In this document: positions 29,988 to 40,238 of the stretch, one piece after another
Numbering within the stretch: the first letter of the stretch is position 1
How the letters are laid out: each line of letters starts with the position of its first letter
NCBI GenBank assembly: GCA_047635315.1
Contig: JBLIIW010000001.1
Span: 225 to 64,224 of the forward strand
Length of the DNA stretch: 64,000 bases
Direction: 5' to 3'
DNA from: Halieaceae bacterium
Lineage (GTDB): Bacteria; Pseudomonadota; Gammaproteobacteria; Pseudomonadales; Halieaceae
Notes under the pieces: generated by a model
What the model saw: the letters and a program-made list of their open reading frames with translations, nothing else
What the model was told of the DNA's origin: nothing
Database searches by the model: none
Position numbers and translations under genes: made by a program

Positions 29988-32123
29988 ATGCGCGCCAAAC
30001 AAGTATTGATTGTAGCCATCATAATCGCCGTATTGCTGGCTTTCTGGTATTTCGATGTCGGTTCCTACCTGAGTTTCGATGCGCTGCGCAGTCGCAGCGA
30101 TGAGCTGCGCTCATCGGCGTCAGAAAACCTCTTCCTTGCGGGGCTGCTGTTCTTTGGCTTGTACGTGGCGGTAACCGGCCTGTCGCTGCCGGGGGCAGCT
30201 ATTATGACCCTCGCGGGTGGCGCTCTTTTTGGATTCTGGCTGGCGCTGTTGCTGGTTTCTTTTGCCAGCAGCCTCGGCGCAACGCTCGCTTTCCTTGTCT
30301 CGCGGCTGCTTCTGAAGGACTGGGTGCAGGGGCGCTTCGGGCGACAGTTAAAGGCGCTGAATGACGGCTTTGAGCGCGATGGCCCTTTCTATCTGTTCTC
30401 CCTGCGCCTGGTGCCGGTATTCCCGTTCTTTGTTATCAACCTGATGGCCGGGCTGCTACCCATCAGCGCGCGACGCTTCTACTGGGTGTCGCAGCTGGGC
30501 ATGCTGCCCGCTACCGCCGTATACGTGAACGCTGGCACACAGCTTGGGCAGCTCGAAAGCGCTGCGGGCATTATTTCCCCGGCCCTGCTGGGCTCCTTCC
30601 TGCTGCTGGCGGTGTTTCCTTTCATCGCGCGTTTCCTCAGTAATAAACTGCGCCAGCGCCGCCGCCTCGCCCCCTACCAGCGGCCCGATCAGTTTGATAC
30701 CAACATGGTAGTCATCGGCGCCGGCTCGGCCGGGCTGGTAGCGTCATTGATTGCGGCTACGATCAAAGCCCGGGTGACGCTCATCGAACGCCATAAAATG
30801 GGCGGCGATTGCCTGAACACGGGCTGCGTACCCAGCAAGGCGATTCTGCGCAGCGCCCACGTGGCGGAGGAAATGCGCCGGGCACCGGAGTTCGGTATTG
30901 CGCCGGTCGAGGTGGCGGTGAATTTTCCGGAGGTAATGGAGCGCGTACAGCAGAAGATTGCGGCCATAGAGCCGCACGATTCCGTGGAGCGTTTTACCTC
31001 CCTGGGGGTGGATTGTGTGACCGGTGATGCCCGCATCGTGTCGCCTTGGGAAGTCTCAGTGAACGGCCGCTCGATTCGTACTCGCAATATCATCATCGCC
31101 AGCGGAGCGCGCGCTCGCATTCCCGAAATCGATGGGCTGGAAGCGCTCGACTACCTGACTTCCGATACTTTGTGGGACATTCGTGAGCAGCCCTCACGCC
31201 TCATGGTGCTGGGCGCGGGCCCTATCGGTTGCGAGCTGGCCCAGGCCATGGCCAGCCTCGGTTCCGAGGTTTGCCTCGTTTCTCATGCCGCGCGGATTCT
31301 GCCGCGGGAGGACGAGGACGCTTCGCAGCTGCTGCATGCGCGGCTCGAGGCTCGGGGCATTCGCATACTCACCGATTGTGAACCACAGTCTTTCGACCGC
31401 GATGCGCAGGAACAGCATGCGCATTGCCTGCACAATGGGGAAGCGCTGACCCTGGACTTCGATCGTCTGCTGCTCGCTGTAGGCCGACAGCCCAATATCG
31501 AAGGTTTGGGACTGGAAGAGTTGGGCATTCGCACGACCCGGCGCGGCACCATCGAGGTGGATGATTATCTGCAGACGGATGTGCCGACAATCTACGCCTG
31601 CGGCGATATCGTGGGCCCCTACCAATTTACCCATACGGCCGCCCATCAGGCCTGGTATGCCGCGGTGAACGCACTCCTTGGCCAGTTCCGGCGTTTTCGC
31701 GTCGATTATTCGGTGATTCCCTGGGCCACGTTTACTAATCCGGAAATTGCCCGGGTCGGCCTCAGCGAGGATGAGGCGAAGGCGCAGGGCATCGCCTACG
31801 AGGTGACCCGCTACGGTATTGATGACCTCGACCGGGCTATCGCAGACAGCGAAGCCGAGGGCTTCGTCAAGGTGCTCACGGCGCCTGGTCGCGACCGGAT
31901 ACTCGGGGCCACCATTGTCGGTAATCATGCGGGTGAGCTGCTCACTGAGTTTATCCTGGCCATGAAGCACGGCCTGGGTCTCAACAAGATTCTGGGCACG
32001 ATTCACATTTATCCCACCATGAGCGAGGCCAATCGCTTCGCGGCGGGTGAGTGGCGCAAGGCGCGCAAGCCCGAGGCGGCACTGCGCCTGCTCGAGCGCT
32101 ATCACCGCTGGCGCCGCGGCTGA
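29988..32123 (+). CDS. DedA/VTT (SNARE-associated) domain fused to a dihydrolipoamide dehydrogenase/MerA-like flavoprotein
   Basis: N-terminal LSLPGA..MTLAGGALFG, LRLVPVFPFFVIN; then IGAGSAG, GGDCLNTGCVPSK, LGAGPIGCE, HIYPT. Confidence 0.9.
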   Translation: MRAKQVLIVAIIIAVLLAFWYFDVGSYLSFDALRSRSDELRSSASENLFLAGLLFFGLYVAVTGLSLPGAAIMTLAGGALFGFWLALLLVSFASSLGATLAFLVSRLLLKDWVQGRFGRQLKALNDGFERDGPFYLFSLRLVPVFPFFVINLMAGLLPISARRFYWVSQLGMLPATAVYVNAGTQLGQLESAAGIISPALLGSFLLLAVFPFIARFLSNKLRQRRRLAPYQRPDQFDTNMVVIGAGSAGLVASLIAATIKARVTLIERHKMGGDCLNTGCVPSKAILRSAHVAEEMRRAPEFGIAPVEVAVNFPEVMERVQQKIAAIEPHDSVERFTSLGVDCVTGDARIVSPWEVSVNGRSIRTRNIIIASGARARIPEIDGLEALDYLTSDTLWDIREQPSRLMVLGAGPIGCELAQAMASLGSEVCLVSHAARILPREDEDASQLLHARLEARGIRILTDCEPQSFDRDAQEQHAHCLHNGEALTLDFDRLLLAVGRQPNIEGLGLEELGIRTTRRGTIEVDDYLQTDVPTIYACGDIVGPYQFTHTAAHQAWYAAVNALLGQFRRFRVDYSVIPWATFTNPEIARVGLSEDEAKAQGIAYEVTRYGIDDLDRAIADSEAEGFVKVLTAPGRDRILGATIVGNHAGELLTEFILAMKHGLGLNKILGTIHIYPTMSEANRFAAGEWRKARKPEAALRLLERYHRWRRG

Positions 32124-32131
32124 TCCGCGAC

Positions 32132-32419
32132 GTGGCGGAGCCGGGCGACTGGCAGGTCTACCTGTTGCGCTGCGCCGATGGGAGTCTTTATGCGGGGGTT
32201 GCCCGCAACCTGCAACGCCGCTTGCGGCAGCACAACGGCGAGCTCGTTGGCGGTGCGCAGTACACGCGCGGACGGCGTCCGGTGACATTGTTGTGGAATG
32301 AAGCCTGCGCCGATCGCGGTGAGGCACAGAGTCGTGAGGCGGCGATAAAGCGCCTGCCCCGCGAGGAGAAGTTGCGCCTTATTCGCTCGGCAGGTCGTCC
32401 AGGGCTTCCTGCCGATTGA
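32132..32419 (+). CDS. GIY-YIG nuclease family protein (YhbQ-like)
   Basis: VYLLRCADGSLYAG..RRLRQHN...GA.YTRGRRPV...E.AIKRL; GTG start estimated. Confidence 0.88.
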   Translation: MAEPGDWQVYLLRCADGSLYAGVARNLQRRLRQHNGELVGGAQYTRGRRPVTLLWNEACADRGEAQSREAAIKRLPREEKLRLIRSAGRPGLPAD

Positions 32420-34283
32420 ACCAGTCCTGCTCCAGAGTCTCCAGAGTCCGTCGTCGCTCCCCCTGCTCCTCGAGCGTGGAGCTAAGCCGGGCCTTCTCGC
32501 TGGCCTCATAGAGCGCCAGGTCAGCCAGGGTTTCGTTCAGCGTTGCCAGCGCTTTGTGCTGTGCATCAATCTGCTTTTCGACCGCCTGCAGAGCCCGCTC
32601 CAGAGGGCGCCGTCGCTCCCGGGCATCGGCGGCGGCGCGGCGCTGTTCGCGGCGGTCAGCGGTGCCGGTGCCACTGGCCGGGCGACTGTCCTGCTCGTCT
32701 TCGAGGCCCTTGTCTGCGCCGCGTAGCAGTTCACTCTCGTAGCGCTCGAGGTCGCCATCGTATTCCTGCAATGCGCCATCAGCGACGCGGTAAAGCGTAT
32801 TGGCGGTGCTGCGCAGCAGGTGCCGATCGTGGCTGACTAACACTACCGCACCTTCAAAACCGATTAAGGCCAGTTCCAGGGCCCGGCGCATTTCCAGGTC
32901 GAGGTGGTTGGTCGGCTCATCGAGAATCAATACATTGGGACGCTGCCATACCACCAGCGCCAGTGCGAGGCGCGCCTTTTCACCCCCGGAGAAGGGCAGC
33001 AGGGAAGCATCTGCGCGTTTTCCGCGGAAGTCGAAACCGCCAAGAAAATCTCGCAGCTCCTGCTCGCGTACTTCTGGGGAGAGCCGCTGCAGGTGCAGCA
33101 GCGCGCTCGCCTCGAGGTCCAGGGTGTCGACCTGCTGTTGGTCGAAGTAGGCGATTCGACAGCCTTCGCTCGCATGTCGTGATCCGCCCAGCAATACCAG
33201 TTCGCCCGTGAGTCCGCGCAGCAGGGTGGTTTTGCCGGCGCCGTTGCGTCCCAGCAGGGCAATACGGTCGCCGCTGCGCAGCGCGAGATCCAGATGCTTC
33301 AGTACCGGCACATCTGCATAGCCCAGCGCCGCTTCACGCAGCTCCAGGAGTGGATCGCGGGCTCTGGGCGGGGCGGGAAATTTGAATTCGAAGGGACTGT
33401 CGCTGTAGGCGATGGCCGCTTCACCCATGCGTGCGAGTTCCTTGAGGCGGCTCTGCGCCTGTTTGGCCTTGGTGGCTTTGGCGCGGAATCGGCGCACAAA
33501 GTCCTCGATCTCGGCGCGGCGCAGGGCCTGTTTCTCGGAGGCGGCGCGCTGTTCCGCGATGCGCAGGGCGCGCTGCCTTTCGAAATCCGTATAGCCGCCC
33601 CGGTAGCTGTTCAGGCGCTCCTGCTCAATATGCAGCACAGCACTACAGGTAGCGTCGATAAAGTCCCGGTCGTGGGAAATCAGTAGCAAAGTGCCCTCGT
33701 AGGCGCTGAGGAAACTCTGCAACCAGAGGCTCGTATCGAGGTCCAGGTGGTTGGTCGGTTCATCGAGGAGGAGCAGGTCTGAGGGCGTCATGAGGGCGCG
33801 GGCCAGCGCGAGTCGTACGCGCCAGCCGCCGGAGAAGTCGCTCAGGGGCCGATCACCGTCAGCGTCCGTGAACCCCAGTCCCGACAGCAGTCGGCGTGCG
33901 CGGCGCGGTGCCGTGTAGGCGTCGCAGGTCTCGAGGGCCTGGTGGGTCAGGGCGGCGGCCTCGAAGTCGCCCCGAGCCTCCTCGCTCTGCAGGCGCGTCA
34001 GGAGCTCTGCAACCGGCGCGTCGCCGCCGAGGACGAAGTCGACCGCGGACTGTTCGCTGGCGGCGATATCCTGGGCCATGTGGGCGATGCGCTGTCCGGA
34101 AAGACCCTCCAGGTCACCCTGATCGGCGCTCAACTCACCGAGAAGCAGCGCAAAGAGCGTGGATTTCCCACAGCCGTTGGAACCCGTCAGGGCGATCTTC
34201 TGCCCGGGTAACAGGGTTGCGTCTGCGCCTTGCAGGAGCAAGCGCTCTCCGCGCCGAAGCGCAATGTCGCGTAGGATAATCAC
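32379..34283 (-). CDS. yheS: ABC-F family ATPase (YheS-like)
   Basis: Two ABC domains (GSNGCGKS, FSGGWRVR, LDEPTNHLD; GRNGAGKT, FSGGEKAR), no TM; GTG start 34283. Confidence 0.85.
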   Translation of the reverse strand: MIILRDIALRRGERLLLQGADATLLPGQKIALTGSNGCGKSTLFALLLGELSADQGDLEGLSGQRIAHMAQDIAASEQSAVDFVLGGDAPVAELLTRLQSEEARGDFEAAALTHQALETCDAYTAPRRARRLLSGLGFTDADGDRPLSDFSGGWRVRLALARALMTPSDLLLLDEPTNHLDLDTSLWLQSFLSAYEGTLLLISHDRDFIDATCSAVLHIEQERLNSYRGGYTDFERQRALRIAEQRAASEKQALRRAEIEDFVRRFRAKATKAKQAQSRLKELARMGEAAIAYSDSPFEFKFPAPPRARDPLLELREAALGYADVPVLKHLDLALRSGDRIALLGRNGAGKTTLLRGLTGELVLLGGSRHASEGCRIAYFDQQQVDTLDLEASALLHLQRLSPEVREQELRDFLGGFDFRGKRADASLLPFSGGEKARLALALVVWQRPNVLILDEPTNHLDLEMRRALELALIGFEGAVVLVSHDRHLLRSTANTLYRVADGALQEYDGDLERYESELLRGADKGLEDEQDSRPASGTGTADRREQRRAAADARERRRPLERALQAVEKQIDAQHKALATLNETLADLALYEASEKARLSSTLEEQGERRRTLETLEQDWFNRQEALDDLPSE

Positions 34284-34303
34284 GGGCGAGGAGTGTACTG
34301 GGC

Positions 34304-34837
34304 ATGGACGACTACGACCAATCCAAGGTGACTGCGGCGCTTTGGGGTTATGCGACGGCGGTTTACGCAAGCGCAGCTGTGGCAGGGAACTGTCTGCGGC
34401 TTCAGGATGAGTGTGGGCTCGATGTCAATTTGCTCCTTGTTGCGGCCTGGCTGGCGTCCCTGCACCGGGAGCTGACTGCGCAGGAAGCGGTGATGCTGGA
34501 TACGCACTGTGTTTTCTGGCGGGAACGGGTGGTTCAGCCCCTGCGCGAACAGCGTCGAGCCTGGCGGAATCTCGCGGAGCGGGCGGCCGACTATAAAGCA
34601 ATCAAGGCTCTTGAGCTGGCCGCCGAGCGTGAACAACTTGCGCGTATCGCGCAGTGCATTGCCGCGCAGGCACGGGGCTCGTTTTGCGACCTGGGCGCGC
34701 AGCCTCCGGGCGGACAGCGCCAACTACTGGCCGCTAATCTCGCTGCCGTGCTAGCGCTGCATCCCGGCGCCGGCGCGAACCCGCTGATTGAGGACCTCAT
34801 AGAGGCTGTACTGGAGGCGGGGACCGGGGCCGATTAG
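34304..34837 (+). CDS. TIGR02444/DUF2390 family protein
   Basis: LWGYA..VY, CLRLQD..GLDVNLLL..AWL, WRERVVQPLR, ELAAER; divergent from yheS. Confidence 0.82.
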   Translation: MDDYDQSKVTAALWGYATAVYASAAVAGNCLRLQDECGLDVNLLLVAAWLASLHRELTAQEAVMLDTHCVFWRERVVQPLREQRRAWRNLAERAADYKAIKALELAAEREQLARIAQCIAAQARGSFCDLGAQPPGGQRQLLAANLAAVLALHPGAGANPLIEDLIEAVLEAGTGAD

Positions 34838-36666
34838 TCGGATGCAAGAAAACCGCCGGACTGATAATCCCAGAGTCGCCGGTAGATTCCGCCGAGCTCA
34901 AGGAGTTCGGCGTGGCTGCCCTGCTCGATGATGCGCCCCTCGTCGAGCACCACCAGACGGTCCAGGGCGGCAATAGTCGACAGCCGGTGCGCGATGGCCA
35001 GCACGGTCTTGCCCTCCATCAGCTCGTACAGGCTGTCCTGTATCGCCACTTCGACCTCTGAATCGAGCGCTGAGGTCGCTTCGTCCAGCAGCAGAATCGG
35101 CGCGTTCTTGAGTATGACCCGGGCGATGGCGATACGCTGTCGCTGGCCGCCGCTCAGTTTTACGCCGCGCTCGCCGACCGTGGCATCCAGGCCGCGCTTA
35201 CCCTTGGCGTCCGCCAGTGTCTCGATAAACTCTGCGGCGCGGGCGCGTTGCACCGCAGATATGAGCGCCTCCTCACTGGCATCCTGTTTGCCGTAGAGGA
35301 TATTCTCGCGGACCGTGCGATGCAGGAGTGAAGTGTCCTGGGTCACCATACCGATGCTGGCGCGCAGGCTTTCCTGTGTGATGTCACGGATATCCTGCCC
35401 GTCTATGCTGATGCGCCCGGCGTCCAGTTCGTAGAAGCGTAGCAGCAGGTTGACCAAGGTGGATTTCCCCGCCCCGGAGCGGCCGATCAGGCCGATTTTT
35501 TCGCCTCCCGCGATGTCCAGATCCAGTGAGTCGAAAACGCGGTTCGCATTGGCGTAGGAGAAGCCAACGCCCTCAAAACGTATACGACCACTGCTTACCT
35601 GCAGCGGTTGGGCTGAGGTCCGGTCCTCGATGCCCACTGGCTCCGTCAGGGTGCCCACACCGTCGCGCACGGTACCGATGTTCTCGAAGAGATTGGACAT
35701 CTCCCACATGATCCACTCGCTGATGCCATTGATGCGCAGGCACAGCCCCATAGCGGCCGCTATGGCACCGGGGCTAATGGCGTTATCGAACCAAAGATAG
35801 AGTGCGGTGGCAGCGAGGTTGAACAGCATCAACGTGTTGTTTGCAGTCACGGCAGTTTCCATCCATGTGACCAGACGCATCTGTGGATGCACCGTGTCCA
35901 GGAACGCCTGCATACCCTCCCGGGCGTAGGCGGTTTCGCGACGGGCGTGTGAGAAGAGCTTGACCGTGGCGATGTTCGTGTAGCTATCCGCTATGCGACC
36001 GGTCATCGTCGCGCGCGCATCCGCCTGCCGCTCGGATACGCCCTGCAGTCGTGGCAGTACGACCTTAAGGATGCCGCAGTACAGAACCAGCCAAAGTAGC
36101 AGCGGCAGGGCGAGGCGCACATCAATACTGCCGAGCAACGCCAGCACGGATATAAAGTACACGGCGACGTAGACGAGGATGTCCAGCAGAGTCAGTACCA
36201 CCGAGCGCACCGCCAATGAGGTCTGCATGACCCGGGCGGCGATGCGGCCGGCGAACTCGTCCTGAAAAAAACCAAGGCTCTGCCGCAGCAGGTAGCGGTG
36301 TGCCATCCAGCGCACGATCATCGGGAAGTTGCCCATCAGTGTCTGGTGCAATACCAGCGACTGCAGGGTGACCAGCGCCGGGTAGGCGGCGAGTACGAGC
36401 AGCGCAAGCCACAGGATGTCCCTGCCGGCTTCGTCTGTGATGGTCTCGGGCGTTTCCGTAGATAGCAGGTCGACAGCCTGGCCGAGGATATCGAATAGTG
36501 TTACCTCGACCATCGCGATCCCCATGCTGAGCAGGGCGAGAACGATCAGGAATGGCTCGAGGCCACGTGCATGGTGACGACAGAAACGGTACACAGACCC
36601 CGGCGCGCGCTGCGGCTGAGCCGGAGGAAACGGGTTGACGAGCTGCTCGAAGAATCGGAAGGCCAT
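34834..36666 (-). CDS. ABC exporter, fused permease/ATPase
   Basis: TM domain then GRSGAGKST, LSGGQRQR, LLDEATSALD, IAHRLST. Confidence 0.93.
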   Translation of the reverse strand: MAFRFFEQLVNPFPPAQPQRAPGSVYRFCRHHARGLEPFLIVLALLSMGIAMVEVTLFDILGQAVDLLSTETPETITDEAGRDILWLALLVLAAYPALVTLQSLVLHQTLMGNFPMIVRWMAHRYLLRQSLGFFQDEFAGRIAARVMQTSLAVRSVVLTLLDILVYVAVYFISVLALLGSIDVRLALPLLLWLVLYCGILKVVLPRLQGVSERQADARATMTGRIADSYTNIATVKLFSHARRETAYAREGMQAFLDTVHPQMRLVTWMETAVTANNTLMLFNLAATALYLWFDNAISPGAIAAAMGLCLRINGISEWIMWEMSNLFENIGTVRDGVGTLTEPVGIEDRTSAQPLQVSSGRIRFEGVGFSYANANRVFDSLDLDIAGGEKIGLIGRSGAGKSTLVNLLLRFYELDAGRISIDGQDIRDITQESLRASIGMVTQDTSLLHRTVRENILYGKQDASEEALISAVQRARAAEFIETLADAKGKRGLDATVGERGVKLSGGQRQRIAIARVILKNAPILLLDEATSALDSEVEVAIQDSLYELMEGKTVLAIAHRLSTIAALDRLVVLDEGRIIEQGSHAELLELGGIYRRLWDYQSGGFLASD

Positions 36667-36914
36667 GGGGGGTCGGTGCTTGTCAGTGTGTAGGGTTTTC
36701 CACGAGGCCCGGGTACGACGGCGCTCGCGATGGTCCGCAAGTCATGCGGTGCCCGGCAATTATAGTGTAGGGCCGCCGTGGGTGCCGGGGTGGTATGCAT
36801 ACAATTCAGCGTTTACACTTGCGCGCAAAATGTTGCCCGGGCTTCGCGACCGGCAGCTTTTTCTTACTCGGGCCGCGCGCCCGATCCACCCGGAATAGAT
36901 AGGACCTTATCTTC

Positions 36915-37670
36915 ATGATGACAAATACCAAGACCGCGGTTGCGCTGTGCGCCGTGATGACTCTCTCCGCCTGCCAGCAGCAGGACACTGGTGAAGCCGC
37001 TGAAGCCGAGCTGGCTCTCGAAACACCCAATCAGCGTCTTAGCTATGGCGTTGCTCTCGGACTGGGCCGCAATATGGCCAATGACGGTATGTCCGTCGAT
37101 GTGCCGGCTTTTGCTGCGGGTCTCAGCGATGCTATGGAGGGTAATCCCCAGCGCATAAGCGACGAGGAAATACAGGCCGAAATGATGGCATTTCAGGAGC
37201 GACTGACCAGCGAGCGCGAGGCGAGCCAGCTGGCTATGGCCGAAACCAATGCCGCTGCCGCAGCAACGTTCTTCGCAGAGAATGCCAGCCGCGAAGGCGT
37301 GGTAATCACCGAATCAGGGCTGCAGTACGAGGTGGTTGATGCGGGCGATGGGGTTTCGCCGGGTCCTGGAGACAGCGTGCAGGTGCACTATCGAGGTACC
37401 CTGCTAGATGGCACCGAATTTGATTCGTCCTATAGCCGCGGCGAGCCGGTTACCTTTGGGGTTGACCAGGTGATCAGCGGCTGGACCGAGGCGCTGCAAT
37501 TGATGAGCGTGGGCTCCAAGTACAAGCTCTTCATCCCGTCGGAGCTCGCCTACGGGGCGGCTGGGGCTGGCGATCGTATTGGTCCCAATTCTGCATTGAT
37601 GTTTGAAGTTGAGCTGCTCGATATCCCCAGCCAGCAAGCTGCGGCTGAGTCAGCTAACGAAGAAGGCTGA
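36915..37670 (+). CDS. FKBP-type peptidyl-prolyl isomerase, probable lipoprotein
   Basis: LSAC lipobox; TESGLQY, VHYRGTL.DGTEFDSS, VISGWTEAL, LAYG. Confidence 0.94.
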   Translation: MMTNTKTAVALCAVMTLSACQQQDTGEAAEAELALETPNQRLSYGVALGLGRNMANDGMSVDVPAFAAGLSDAMEGNPQRISDEEIQAEMMAFQERLTSEREASQLAMAETNAAAAATFFAENASREGVVITESGLQYEVVDAGDGVSPGPGDSVQVHYRGTLLDGTEFDSSYSRGEPVTFGVDQVISGWTEALQLMSVGSKYKLFIPSELAYGAAGAGDRIGPNSALMFEVELLDIPSQQAAAESANEEG

Positions 37671-37677
37671 ATGTTCC

Positions 37678-37706
37678 CGGGCGCCACGATCGTGGCGCCC
37701 GCTTTT
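37678..37706 (+). terminator. Intrinsic terminator after the FKBP gene
   Basis: Perfect 24-bp palindrome CGGGCGCCACGATCGTGGCGCCCG + CTTTT. Confidence 0.75.
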
Positions 37707-37868
37707 AGTCCGGGTTAGCAGAACCCCCAGCTCCCCAAAGCAACAGATCCCACAAGCACCAGATCCTGCAACGCCCACCACTTGCCCCACTCCCCTGTTA
37801 GCGCATGCCACCGAGGCGGCAGTGCACAGCGGCGCTCATGCTATCACCGGGGGTTTATCGCTGGCCGC

Positions 37869-38363
37869 TCAGGCGCGGCGCAGGAGTTGGTACAGGGACA
37901 GGGCGCCGAGCACCAGGAAGAGGGCGAGCGTTTGTTCAGGGATAGAGAAACCCAGCAACGTCCATACCACATCTGCGCAATTACCGTCTCCCATCATGAC
38001 CAGCTCAAAGGTGTCCGAGAGCGGTAGTGTGTCCAGCATGTACGCAAGGCTGGGGCCACAGGCGGGGGCGAGGTCTTCCGGAAGATGCTGCAGCCACACG
38101 TGCCGCGCCGCTACCGCGCCGCCCGCCACCGCTGCCAAAACACAGAGCAGGGCGTACAGCCGTCGTCCCCAGCCACGAGGATTATGCAGCGCTGCGATCA
38201 GCGCCAGTAATCCGGTGAGGATCACGAAGATGCGTTGGGTAATGCACAGGGGGCAGGGCGATAGGGCCAGCCCGTGCTGTAAGTACAAAGCAAAAGCCAT
38301 TGCCAGGACGGTGAGAAGGAATATTCCGGCAAAAAATGGCCGTATCGCCAGTAGAGCGTTCAT
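37869..38363 (-). CDS. dsbB: Disulfide bond formation protein B
   Basis: PCPLCITQR, PACGP...GDGNCA; four TM segments. Confidence 0.93.
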   Translation of the reverse strand: MNALLAIRPFFAGIFLLTVLAMAFALYLQHGLALSPCPLCITQRIFVILTGLLALIAALHNPRGWGRRLYALLCVLAAVAGGAVAARHVWLQHLPEDLAPACGPSLAYMLDTLPLSDTFELVMMGDGNCADVVWTLLGFSIPEQTLALFLVLGALSLYQLLRRA

Positions 38364-38378
38364 TTGGGACCGATTCTC

Positions 38379-40022
38379 CTACAGCGCGCCGCTGTGCCCA
38401 TCGCCAGCGAGATCGGGTTCAAGGTGTTTGTACTGTTCATAGTAGGCATTGATGTATTCCTCGAAACCCAGAGTGTCAGACGCCTCCACATCGCGCTGCC
38501 GCTGCAGCGATGCAGCGCTCTCCGCTCTGAGACCTTCTTCGGCCCCGGCAGACAGCGGCCAGTCCTTGAAGTGCGCGGCCCAGAGATTGCTGTAGTTGAG
38601 GGCGAAGCGGTAGTAGGGAATTTGTTGTTCACGCATCTCACGCAGCACGCGAGCGGAGGGTAGTTCGGCGGTCCCTGCGACTTTCTCGCGCTGTGCACCG
38701 AGGGCGCTCGCGTAAGCGTCAACCCCGTGCGCACCGTCGAGAAGCGCGGCTGAGCTGCCCATGGCATCGAGCAGTTCCTGGGCCCACTGGTCGAGGGGGC
38801 GTTCCCCATCGTCAGCCCGAAGCTTGAGCCCCGGCTCCCGGCCGCGGTTGACCACTTCGCGCACGTTGTGCGCCTGCCGGTCGTGCTGCTCCTCGTCGCA
38901 GGCGTCGCCTGGCTGTGTGAGGCAGTGCAGCAAAAACGCGTCGAGGAAGCGGATCTGCTCTGCGTCTATCCCCAGCGGGTGAAAGGGGCTGACATCAAGG
39001 CAGCGTACTTCCACGTACTCGATACCGCGGCAGCGCAGGGCTGTCAGCGGTGTCTCGTTACTCTCTCCGGGGCGCTTGGGCCGAATGGTGCTGTAGAACT
39101 CATTCTCTATCTGCAGGAGGCTGTGGTTGAGCTGCATGTACTCGCCATCGACGTCACGCTTGCCGTTGAAGGCCGCATAGGGCGGGTGAGCTGTAAGAAT
39201 CGCGTCGGACAGGGTGGCGAGGTAGTTGTCCAGGGAGTTGTAGCACACCTTGAGGGATTTCTGGGCCACGCTGCTGTAGCCCAGGTCGCCCATGCGCAGG
39301 GCGGTGGCGTAGGGCAGGTGTAGAGAATTGCCCTCTGCGTCGAAGGGTACCAGGGGGTGGTCACTGCGACCGCGCATAAAGCTGGCGCAGACTGCGGGAG
39401 ATGCGCCGAACAGGTAGATAAGCAGCCAGGACCAGCGGTGAAAGTTGCGAATGAGGCCCAGGTAACGTCTCGTCACATAATCCTGCAGCGGTTCCTCGGA
39501 CCCGTCCGCTTCCCGGGCCAGGGGCCAGTAGCTCTCGGGCATGGAAAAGTTGTAGTGCACACCGGCGATTGCCTGCATCAGCCTGCCGTAGCGATTTCCC
39601 AGGCCATAGCGATATACGGTCTTCATGCGGCCTACGTTGGAATCACCATAGCGCGCCACCGGAATCGCGGCGTCACCGGCAACAATACAGGGCATGCTGG
39701 CGCTCCACAGGCGTTCGCGTCCGATCTCCCGAGAGACGAAGCTGTGGATGTTCTCAAGGGTGGTGAGCGTATCGTCTATGCTCGCGGATACCGGCGAGAT
39801 GAACTCGAGGAGCGATTCCGAGTAATCGGTGGTAATACTTCCGTGGGTCAACGCAGATCCAAGGGCCGCCGGGTGTGGGGTCTGCGCCAGTAAGCCGTCG
39901 TCGCCAACGCGCAGACTCTCTTTCTCAATGCCGCGGCAAATGCCCTGCAGGAGCGACGGGTCGGCCTCGCTCAGAGCCTCTAGCTGTTGGTGCCACGGCG
40001 ATGGCTTCCAGTGTAAATTCAA
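38379..40022 (-). CDS. gshA: Glutamate-cysteine ligase
   Basis: RGIEKESLRV, ITTDYSESLLEFI, LQIENEFYSTIRPK, GIEYVEVR. Confidence 0.96.
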   Translation of the reverse strand: MNLHWKPSPWHQQLEALSEADPSLLQGICRGIEKESLRVGDDGLLAQTPHPAALGSALTHGSITTDYSESLLEFISPVSASIDDTLTTLENIHSFVSREIGRERLWSASMPCIVAGDAAIPVARYGDSNVGRMKTVYRYGLGNRYGRLMQAIAGVHYNFSMPESYWPLAREADGSEEPLQDYVTRRYLGLIRNFHRWSWLLIYLFGASPAVCASFMRGRSDHPLVPFDAEGNSLHLPYATALRMGDLGYSSVAQKSLKVCYNSLDNYLATLSDAILTAHPPYAAFNGKRDVDGEYMQLNHSLLQIENEFYSTIRPKRPGESNETPLTALRCRGIEYVEVRCLDVSPFHPLGIDAEQIRFLDAFLLHCLTQPGDACDEEQHDRQAHNVREVVNRGREPGLKLRADDGERPLDQWAQELLDAMGSSAALLDGAHGVDAYASALGAQREKVAGTAELPSARVLREMREQQIPYYRFALNYSNLWAAHFKDWPLSAGAEEGLRAESAASLQRQRDVEASDTLGFEEYINAYYEQYKHLEPDLAGDGHSGAL

Positions 40023-40238
40023 GAGGAGCTCCTGCCATGCAAAGTCAGTGCAAATAAGTGAATCGAAAAGCCGGGTGACAGGTGGATCCGGTCACTATGG
40101 CCGTCGGGTCGCGATGATACACCGATACGCGGGCTACACATAAGCGTTGCATCCTATGCGTAATCGCACACCGAAGCTCAGTCGCCATGGGCGCTGATCC
40201 CCAATGAGGACGGCCGCCTGTGCGCCGCGGGCAGACTA

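Noticed and set aside
31194-32327. 377-aa minus-strand ORF
   Set aside because: Antisense to the flavoprotein and GIY-YIG genes; low-complexity Arg/Ala composition.
32132-32419. GIY-YIG gene as homing endonuclease or defence system
   Set aside because: Size and motifs fit the common stand-alone YhbQ-like family; no intron or defence context.
34284-34303. Only 20 bp between divergent yheS and TIGR02444 starts
   Set aside because: Tight head-to-head pairing of these genes is familiar in related gammaproteobacteria; starts are also estimates.
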